From: Trueperaceae bacterium
GTDB taxonomy: Bacteria > Deinococcota > Deinococci > Deinococcales > Trueperaceae
Direction: 5' to 3'
DNA: 64,000 nucleotides
NCBI GenBank assembly: GCA_965214405.1
Contig: OZ243956.1
Span: 352,001 to 416,000 of the forward strand
In this document: positions 56,766 through 64,000 of the stretch, one piece after another
Layout: each line of letters starts with the position of its first letter
Position numbering within the stretch: position 1 is the stretch's first letter
Notes under the pieces: model-generated
What the model was told of the DNA's origin: nothing
The model's input: only the letters and a program-made list of their open reading frames with translations
Databases searched by the model: none
Made by a program: the position numbers and the translations under genes

Positions 56766-58091
56766 GGGTGCAACTCACGTAGTGGGGGAAGAAAAGGCGT
56801 GGTGCCTTATGGTGTCATGGGAGACGAGCGGCTGCTTGGAACAACGCCTAGCTCTAAAAGAAGCCATGCGACCTGCGCCAGGACGCGACCACTGCATCCC
56901 CGACTGTTTCATGCGGAAGCCGATGACGCTCTTGTTGACGCCCTCGACTTGACCAGAGCCAATGGGTAAGCCACAATTTTTATAACTGGGGTAATCCATA
57001 TGGTGTTGACGTTCTTGAAGATAGCGTAAAGCCGTTTGTGATGTGTCATCCCAGCTCAGCCAAACAGCAGGGTCAGGACGATGCGTTTGTAACCAATCCG
57101 CAGCAGCAATCTCGCCGCTAAGCCAAGAGCGTCTTGTTTGGCTACGTTCGCGCTCATCCCAGCCGAGAGCTTCCATAAGGGTGTCAAGGTAAGCACTGCT
57201 GTGGTAAACGTCGATGATGTGTGGGATACCCAGATGCTCGTAAAGGTTTTTGATCCAACTCGCGCCATCGCTCAGGCCGACGACTTCATCATCTTGTCTC
57301 AGGCCTGCTTCACGCATCAGCCCCGCTACTTGGTCGGTAAACGCTGTCGCCTCACACACATCGGCTAACAGGCTGCGTTGCTGAGGTGCAGACACCGGGT
57401 GGATCACCGCGCTCTTGATCTCGATGCCGCCACAAACCCCGTCCTGAGCTTTTTCGAGCACCCGCACCCCGTCAACTTCAATCACCACTTTCCGCCCTCG
57501 TCCTGCTAGCAACGCTGCATCTTTGGCCGTGTCCAGCAGCTCGCGCGTTTGCGCCTGACAAGCGCTGGCGTAAGGTTGGGTCAAGCGCTCCAAGCCCGCG
57601 CGACTCATGCCCGGCAACATCTCAAAGTCACGGCTGACTTCTACCGCTTTTTCATACGATAAAGCGCTACTCAAACGCATCATCACGTTCAATGCGCCCG
57701 CTGTCCAACCACTGCCGTCTAAGTTTGGGTCCAGGGCGACTTGGCAATGTCTGCCGTCTTTGTGTTCGTACCTTTGACTGGGTACGCGCACGCTCCCCCA
57801 GAAGTGCTTGACCTCAAGCTCGCCCCGTCCGTCTTTATGCCAACCCTCGCTTTTGTTCATCAGAGGGGGGAAAATCCTGGCTCTCAACCAGGTGCTGCAT
57901 CAGGCGACTCATCAGGCTACTTTGTCGCTTTAGCAAGGCCGCTTCTATTTCGTTCATGCTCGCTTTCGTCCCTAGCTCCTGCTTTATCTCCGCAACAATG
58001 CTCTTGATGATGGCGTCCAGTTCTTCTACCCTTTGCTCTGCGTCTGTTGTCATCGTCCTGTTTTATCACCCCCATTCACTGAGTTGCACCC
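56766..58091 (-). mobile_element. IS element, ISKra4/ISLre2-like, 1326 bp, copy 2 (divergent from copy 1)
   Basis: Perfect 12-bp terminal IR GGGTGCAACTCA. 9-bp target duplication TGACCAGGC at 56757-56765 and 58092-58100. Confidence 0.95.
56775..58053 (-). CDS. Transposase split over two frames (57835..58053 and 56775..57887), probably recoded at T4C6
   Basis: EVDG, SDGASWI, DVYHS, GLPIGSGQVEG, RMKQSGMQWS. Removing one base gives 425 aa. Confidence 0.87.
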
Positions 58092-58099
58092 TGACCAGG

Positions 58100-58819
58100 C
58101 TAACCACGCAGACCGTCTGTCCTCTGTGCTCGCCCGCTCGCGGTCTGATGGACCGGCTCACGGTTCACGAACCAGCGCCACACAAATGCGGTGATCACGC
58201 TTATGGTGAGCATTTCCCCGCCGTCCTCGAGCACGGCCATCAACGTTTCCTGGAACGCCGAGCCCCCCACCAGGATGTCGAGCATGTCTACGCCGAGGCC
58301 GAAAAAGACGAGAACGGTAAAGAGGGCGAACAGACTCTTTGAAAAAGCCTTTTCTTTGGGCGCGGCGCGCAAATAAGAAAAGAGCACAAACCCCAGAAGA
58401 ACCGTTGCGAAAACTCCCCAAACGAGGACCTCGCCAAGGTCCCGCGCGCGCAGCCCGAACGCCGCAGGCATCCCCAGCCGTTGAGCGAGGTAAAGACCTT
58501 CTTTTTCGTGAAGTCTCAGCGCGTCATCGAGCCCTACATAGGCGAAAACCGCGCTCCACGCAAAGTAAGTAAGCCTTTTTTGTTGCGTCCACAGGCGTGC
58601 GAGGAGGCCCGTTAACAGCAGCAGCTTGAGATATCCGAAAATCTCGGCAAAGCCTCTGTCCGTGCTTACCGCAAACCGGTGGCCTTCCCACAAGGCCCTA
58701 TCGGAACCTTGCAGGAGCCAAAAGTGTAGAAAATGAAGTCCTATAAATATCAGGTCGGTGGCAAGGAGAAAAAGCAGTATTTTAGAGCGCCACGTCTTTT
58801 TCCAAACGAGATAGACCAT
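58100..58819 (-). CDS. Hypothetical multi-pass membrane protein
   Basis: About 6 hydrophobic segments. Polar motifs DRGFAE, LDDALRLHE and EDGGEM. Confidence 0.8.
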   Translation of the reverse strand: MVYLVWKKTWRSKILLFLLATDLIFIGLHFLHFWLLQGSDRALWEGHRFAVSTDRGFAEIFGYLKLLLLTGLLARLWTQQKRLTYFAWSAVFAYVGLDDALRLHEKEGLYLAQRLGMPAAFGLRARDLGEVLVWGVFATVLLGFVLFSYLRAAPKEKAFSKSLFALFTVLVFFGLGVDMLDILVGGSAFQETLMAVLEDGGEMLTISVITAFVWRWFVNREPVHQTASGRAQRTDGLRG

Positions 58820-59042
58820 CGGTTCCCTTCTAGCAACCACGAAAAACAACCACAAAAGCTACAGTGGGAGACACAAAACGTTTTGCCACTTTTAAGGTCG
58901 AAGCCTGAATAGTAATGTAGCATCCAATATGACGTGGCTGACGTGCAAATGTACAAAAACGTCTCCCCGGTCAACCCCTGCAAGAACCCGTCGTAAAGAA
59001 CGGGTAAGGAATCTGTAAGAACGCTTCTTTTATAAAGAGGAC

Positions 59043-62000
59043 ATGACGCCGTCCCGCCGCACCTTTTTTTGCACTGTTTTTTACACGGTGCTTAGCGCCG
59101 CGCGCTCCGGCTGGCGGCTCCTGGTCGCGTGGGGGCGGGATAGGTTGCGCTTCTCTCACACTACTCGCAGCACGCGCGCCTCTCACCTCAAGGGCGGCAA
59201 CGAAAGCCTGGGGCAGCTCGCCCGCTTTCAAACGTCGCTCATCGACATCGCCAACGATCTCCTTCAGCACGATGTTTCCGACGCCTTTTACCAAAAGCTG
59301 CTCGAGCGCGCCGTCGACCTCTTGCCCAACGCGCACGCGGGCAGCGTGCTGCTGCGCCAAGACGACGGGATGTACCACTTCGTGGCGGCGGTGGACTACG
59401 ACCTCGGCGGGCTCAAGGCCCTGCCCCTCGCGCCGGATGAACTTTACTTCGACAACGACCACGGCAGAACGTCGTACCTGCTTACCGACCTTTCCGGGCA
59501 CAATAGAGAGGCGCTTTCTGGTTCGCGGGCCGAAGCGCTCGAGGTCTCCGGCCACACGAGCGAGATCCGCGCGACGCTGGTCGTGCCCATCCGGCTCGCG
59601 GGCGAGACCGTGGCCGCGCTCTGCCTGGACAGCAAAACCTCAGAACGCGCCTTTGACGAAACCGCCGTGGGGATGGCGGAGGCGTTAGGCAGCCAGCTCG
59701 GGGTGGTGTTGCAGCGGCTCAGGCTCCAGGCCGAGGCGGCGCGGGCGGCGCAAGAGCTCGAGCTCTTAGAGCGGGTGCGCGCGGCTTTAGCGCGTGAAGA
59801 GGGTTTGGATGAGGTTCTCCACGCTGTGACGGGGGCCGTCGCCGAGATTTTCGGCTACCCCCACGTCGGCGTGGCGCTCATTAAGGGCGACTTGCTCGCG
59901 CCGCACGCGTGCGTGGGTCACGGCGGCGGGCTCGAGCCCTTTCCCCTGTCGAAGGGCGTGGCGGGGCGCGTGGCCCGCACGGGGAAACCCGCGCTCGTGC
60001 GCGACGTGCGTTTAGAGCCCGACTACCTTAACTTTACCCCCCGCCCAAGCGCGAGCGCGGTTGATGACGCCACAGCGGGTGACACCACAGTGAACGACAC
60101 CACAGTGAATAACGGGCCGGGAGGTTTCGAGCTGTGCGTGCCTCTTTTCGATGAGGGGAGGGTCATCGGCGTCATCAACATAGAAACGCCCCCCGCGCTG
60201 CCTTTGGGCGAGGCCGACCTCAAGCTCATGACCGCGCTGGGCGAGCACATCGGTACGGCGGTCGAGCGCGCGCGGCTTTACAAAGAGGTGAGCAAGAGCG
60301 AAACGAACTACCGGGCGCTTTACGGTTCGGCGCAACGTCAAGCGCAGGAACTTGCGCTTCTAGAGCGGGTCCGCACGGAACTCGCCAAGGCGCTCGAGCC
60401 CCAAGACATTTTCCGCGTGGTCGTCGAGGCCCTGGCCGACACCTTCGGCTACACCCAGGTGAGCGTCTACCGGCTCGAGAACGAAACCCTCATCCTCCAA
60501 CACCAGGTCGGCTATACCCGGCCCGTCCCCCGCCTGCCCCTGACGAGCGGCGTGATGGGCCGCGTGGCGCGTAGCGGCGAGCCCGCGCTTATCGAAGACG
60601 TGCGGCTCGAGCCCGCGTTTGTAGACGCGACTGTTGTGGGGGAAGGCGTGGGCGTGACCTCCGAGATTTGCGTGCCCCTGCTCAAGTGGGGCGAGGTGGC
60701 GGGCGTCCTCAACGTCGAGAGCACGGGGGGCGTCGCGCTGACCCGGGCCGACCTGGGGCTCGTGCTCTCTTTAAGCGAACACATCGCCATCGCCTTAGAG
60801 CGCGCCCGCCTCTACAGCGAGGTGCGGGAGCGCGAGGCGCACTTTCAGGACTTTTTGGATTCCGCGCACGACCTCGTCTGGAGCACCGACTTGGGCGGGC
60901 GCTTTCTTTACGTCAACCGCGCCTGGCGCGAGACGCTCGGGTACGAGACGCTCGCGTATGGGGAGGCGGACGCGTCAGGCGTGTTCGACCTTCTGCATCC
61001 CGACTACCGCGAGAGCTACCGCGCGGCCTTTGCGCGCGTGACGCGAGGAGAGACCGTGGGCGTTTTTGACGCGGTACTGCTGACAAAGTCGGGAAAACCC
61101 GTCAGCGTCCAGGGGAGCGCCACCTGCCGTTTTGAAGACGGTCAACCCGTGGCGGTGCAGAGCATTTTCCGCGACGTGACCGCGACCAAACGCGCCGAGG
61201 CGCGGCTGCTGCATAGCGCCACCCACGACGCGCTCACCAACCTGCCCAACCGCACGCTGTTTAGCGAGCGTCTCGAGCAGGCCGTCGCGCGCGCGTCGCG
61301 TGACGCGTCGCAAGACCCCGCAACCCACACCAATGCAGCTCACGCCAGTGCTTACACCGACGCTCACACCGACGCTCACACCCATGCACCCTACGCCGTG
61401 CTCTTTTTGGACCTAGACCGTTTCAAGGTCATCAACGATTCATTGGGTCACTGCGTGGGGGACGCGCTGCTCGTGGAGGTCGCCAAACGACTCTTGAACT
61501 GCGTGCGCGCCGGGGACACCGTGGCGCGTCTCGGCGGCGACGAGTTTGCGATTTTGCTCGAGCCCCTCCGCAGCACCGATTCCTCCAGCTCCTCCACCCA
61601 TCCCTCCACCGATAACGCCCAGAGCACCGCCGAGCGGATCCGGCGGGCGCTCGAGCAGCCCTTCTCTCTGGGCGGGCGCGAGGTCACCGTCACCACGAGT
61701 ATCGGCATCGCGCAGGGGAGCGCGCGCTACACGCGCGCCGAGGACGTGCTGCGCGACGCCGACTTAGGGATGTACCGCGCCAAAGGCGCCGGACGGGCGC
61801 AGTGGCGCGTTTTCGACGCCTCGATGCACGCGGACGCGCTCAGGCTTTTGCAGCTAGAAACCGACCTGCCCCACGCGGCCTCGCGCGGCGAGCTTTTTGT
61901 CGCCTATCAGCCCATCGTCTCGTTGCAAGGGGAACAGCTTTTGGGCTTCGAGGCGCTTCTGCGCTGGAGGCACCCCGAGCACGGGCTCATCTCGCCGGGC

Positions 62001-62651
62001 GAATTCGTCCCGGTGGCCGAGGAGACGGGCGCGATTGTGGATATGGGTCGCTGGGTCTTGCGCGAAGCTTGCAAGCAGCTCCAGGCGTGGGAGGAGCGTG
62101 CAGAACCTTTCAACGCGCGTCACGCCCCGACCATCCTCGCTCCTACTATCAATGTCAACTTATCCGCCAAACAGCTCGCCCTGCCCGACTTGGCGCGCGA
62201 GGTGGCGGAGGTGCTTGAAGAAACGGGCGTCGCGGCGGGGCGGCTCAAGCTCGAGCTCACCGAGAGCGCGCTAATGGAAGACGGCGTCACCGACACCCTC
62301 CACAACCTGCGGGCGCTGGGCGTCCACATCCAGATTGACGACTTCGGCACCGGCTATTCATCGCTAAGCTACCTCCACCGCTTTCCTATCGACTCGCTCA
62401 AGATCGACCGCTCGTTCGTGAGCCGCATCGGCGAGGACGAGGTGAGCGGGGCCATCATCACCACCATCATCTCGCTCGCCCGCGCGCTCGACATCGCCAT
62501 CATCGCCGAGGGCGTCGAAACCGTTAAGCAGCTCGAGTGGCTCAGAAACTTGGGCTGCGAGGCCGGACAGGGCTACTTGTTCGCCAAGCCTCTGCTGCCC
62601 GAAGCGGTTCAGGAGCGTTTTTTTGGTGCGGCCACGACGGTAGCCGCGTGA
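59043..62651 (+). CDS. GAF(x3)-PAS-GGDEF-EAL c-di-GMP signalling protein
   Basis: Three GAF-like repeats. PAS (DLGGRFLYVNRAW). HDALTNLPNR, DLDRFK, RLGGDEF. FEALLRW, ELTES, DDFGTGYSSL, AEGVE. Confidence 0.95.
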   Translation: MTPSRRTFFCTVFYTVLSAARSGWRLLVAWGRDRLRFSHTTRSTRASHLKGGNESLGQLARFQTSLIDIANDLLQHDVSDAFYQKLLERAVDLLPNAHAGSVLLRQDDGMYHFVAAVDYDLGGLKALPLAPDELYFDNDHGRTSYLLTDLSGHNREALSGSRAEALEVSGHTSEIRATLVVPIRLAGETVAALCLDSKTSERAFDETAVGMAEALGSQLGVVLQRLRLQAEAARAAQELELLERVRAALAREEGLDEVLHAVTGAVAEIFGYPHVGVALIKGDLLAPHACVGHGGGLEPFPLSKGVAGRVARTGKPALVRDVRLEPDYLNFTPRPSASAVDDATAGDTTVNDTTVNNGPGGFELCVPLFDEGRVIGVINIETPPALPLGEADLKLMTALGEHIGTAVERARLYKEVSKSETNYRALYGSAQRQAQELALLERVRTELAKALEPQDIFRVVVEALADTFGYTQVSVYRLENETLILQHQVGYTRPVPRLPLTSGVMGRVARSGEPALIEDVRLEPAFVDATVVGEGVGVTSEICVPLLKWGEVAGVLNVESTGGVALTRADLGLVLSLSEHIAIALERARLYSEVREREAHFQDFLDSAHDLVWSTDLGGRFLYVNRAWRETLGYETLAYGEADASGVFDLLHPDYRESYRAAFARVTRGETVGVFDAVLLTKSGKPVSVQGSATCRFEDGQPVAVQSIFRDVTATKRAEARLLHSATHDALTNLPNRTLFSERLEQAVARASRDASQDPATHTNAAHASAYTDAHTDAHTHAPYAVLFLDLDRFKVINDSLGHCVGDALLVEVAKRLLNCVRAGDTVARLGGDEFAILLEPLRSTDSSSSSTHPSTDNAQSTAERIRRALEQPFSLGGREVTVTTSIGIAQGSARYTRAEDVLRDADLGMYRAKGAGRAQWRVFDASMHADALRLLQLETDLPHAASRGELFVAYQPIVSLQGEQLLGFEALLRWRHPEHGLISPGEFVPVAEETGAIVDMGRWVLREACKQLQAWEERAEPFNARHAPTILAPTINVNLSAKQLALPDLAREVAEVLEETGVAAGRLKLELTESALMEDGVTDTLHNLRALGVHIQIDDFGTGYSSLSYLHRFPIDSLKIDRSFVSRIGEDEVSGAIITTIISLARALDIAIIAEGVETVKQLEWLRNLGCEAGQGYLFAKPLLPEAVQERFFGAATTVAA

Positions 62652-62755
62652 GCCTCACCATAAAAATGCTGCAAAAGTGCCCCGAAAAACACGTAAAAAC
62701 TCTGTAAGAATTTTGTGCGAAGGGTTCCCCTAACATGCTAAGTGGAGGTAACACC

Positions 62756-63013
62756 GTGCAGCGACCCCTACCGGGAAGTACCAAAGACAAGCTCGAGAAT
62801 AGCGCCGCTTACGTGAGAGAGAACGCGCAGCGTCAGGGCGTGGTGTACAGGCTCGAGTTCGAACTTTTCAAGTTAAGCATGATGGCGCGCGAGGCACTGG
62901 AGAAAGAATCCACCGACCTAGCCAAAGAAGCCCTCGCGTACGAGCAGACGCTTCTCACGCTTATCAAAGACACCCCGGCCCCAAAGGCGAGTTACAACAC
63001 GCAAAGAAGATAA
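62756..63013 (+). CDS. Small hypothetical protein
   Basis: TAACAT -10, then GGAGG SD and GTG at 62756. Followed by a terminator. Confidence 0.6.
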   Translation: MQRPLPGSTKDKLENSAAYVRENAQRQGVVYRLEFELFKLSMMAREALEKESTDLAKEALAYEQTLLTLIKDTPAPKASYNTQRR

Positions 63014-63042
63014 AACGGGTTAGCCGCACAATACTTGAATGC

Positions 63043-63068
63043 AAAAAACCAGCTCATCGGCTGGTTTT
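63043..63068. terminator. Bidirectional intrinsic terminator
   Basis: AAAAAACCAGC-TCATCG-GCTGGTTTT between the convergent ORF and tRNA. Confidence 0.8.
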
Positions 63069-63090
63069 ATGGTTCCCTGATATCCAGTTC

Positions 63091-63177
63091 TGGTGCCGAG
63101 GAGGGGACTTGAACCCCTACCTCCTTGCGGAGACCAGCCCCTCAAGCTGGCGCGTCTACCTATTCCGCCACCTCGGC
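63091..63177 (-). tRNA. tRNA-Leu(GAG)
   Basis: GCCGAGGTGGCGGAATAGGTAGACGCG-CCAGC-TTGAGGG-GCTGG, long variable arm, GGTTCAAGTCC, CCA end. 87 nt. Confidence 0.97.
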
Positions 63178-63345
63178 CTATTCACCGGCATTCTTACTGG
63201 CACGCTCACCATAGTGGGCGCAGCAAAAGGGATGATACTTGCTAGCCGTGACGGGTGTCAAGCAGGGTGAAAATTTTGGGGAAGAGTGGGCGCGGTCAAG
63301 ACTGCGTGACCCGCTCCCTTGCGGACGCGCGTTATGCTTCTCCAT

Positions 63346-64000
63346 GTGACCGCTAAGCGCTTCCAAAAAATCATGCGCGTGCTGCGCCACCGGCAGCCCG
63401 ACTTGACCGTGCTGGCCGAGCACGTCCATAAACCCCACAACCTCTCGGCCATGCTCCGCTCCTGCGACGCAGTCGGCGTCGGCGCGGCGCACGCGGTCGC
63501 GCCCACGGGCGGGGTGGCAACCTTTAACGAGACGAGCGCGAGCGCTGAGAAGTGGGTAAGGCTCTACGTCCACCCTTCTTTAGATGACGCCCGTAAGGTT
63601 CTGAAAGAGCAGAAGATGCAACTTCTGGCCGCGCACTTTTCACCCCAGGCTCGAGATTACCGCGACGTGGACTACACCCAACCCACCTGCATTCTTTTGG
63701 GCAATGAAAAAGACGGCGTTTCTCCCCAGGCCGCTTCCCTGGCCGACGCGCACATCATCATTCCGATGTTCGGCATGGTGCCGTCCTTGAACGTCTCGGT
63801 CGCCACTGCGGTGGTTCTGTTCGAGGCGCAACGGCAGCGGCGGGCGGCGGGGATGTTTGATACGCCGAGATTAAGCCGTGACGCGATGATGGCCCAGGCG
63901 TTTCGCCTCCTCTACCCGCGGTTGGCGGAAACGTACGACGAACGCGGCCTCCCCTACCCCGCGCTCGACGAGGAGGGCCATGTGCTCGAGCCCCTACCCT
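63346..64000 (+). CDS. trmH: tRNA (guanosine-18-2'-O)-methyltransferase, runs off the window end (absent from the ORF track)
   Basis: Manual translation from GTG: (M)[43 protein letters not shown]...[10 protein letters not shown]...[15 protein letters not shown]. Leaderless TATGCT-N7-GTG. Confidence 0.93.
   Translation, partial: MTAKRFQKIMRVLRHRQPDLTVLAEHVHKPHNLSAMLRSCDAVGVGAAHAVAPTGGVATFNETSASAEKWVRLYVHPSLDDARKVLKEQKMQLLAAHFSPQARDYRDVDYTQPTCILLGNEKDGVSPQAASLADAHIIIPMFGMVPSLNVSVATAVVLFEAQRQRRAAGMFDTPRLSRDAMMAQAFRLLYPRLAETYDERGLPYPALDEEGHVLEPLP

Noticed and set aside
11447..58091. Composite transposon bounded by the two IS copies
   Set aside because: The copies are divergent, copy 2 has its own target duplication, and the interval contains core genes (rpsO, pnp, tRNA).
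63178..63831. Minus-strand ORFs near the window end
   Set aside because: Antisense to the clear trmH frame, which the ORF track missed because it has no stop in the window.

Overview
GC-rich chromosomal window, most likely from a Deinococcota bacterium (Truepera-like). This is inferred from a LysW-pathway lysK, many leaderless TANNNT-N5-8-start genes and a conspicuous excess of CTCGAG. In order it holds: two trehalose synthases (one fused to maltokinase); a three-gene secreted operon (cohesin-like lipoprotein, OB/TIMP-like protein, degenerate matrixin with dockerin); lysK; IS copy 1; two sugar ABC clusters, the second a LacI-linked beta-glycan locus (CBM9-like, CBM4-CBM4-Ig-GH9, Gfo/Idh/MocA, TIM-barrel epimerase, GH2 beta-mannosidase); an orphan CopG antitoxin, pilT, an AttH/CrtC-like lipoprotein and two cyclophilins; a Uma2-mazE-mazF cassette followed by a low-GC putative HEPN gene; znuACB; a lysophospholipase, GH32, a cNMP-TrxB-like protein and a K+ channel; a decayed tartrate operon; a structured non-coding stretch beside tRNA-Pro; rnj-pnp-rpsO; IS copy 2; a GAF-PAS-GGDEF-EAL protein; tRNA-Leu; and a partial trmH. 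Top leads: (1) two divergent ISKra4/ISLre2-like elements share a hairpin plus T4C6 recoding site in different codon phases, pointing to transcriptional slippage, and both sit 16-18 bp upstream of a predicted -35 box; (2) a non-cellulosomal cohesin-dockerin surface system built round an apparently inactive metalloprotease; (3) a candidate HEPN defence gene behind mazEF. No CRISPR array was seen. All calls are by-eye motif recognition; no database searches were run.
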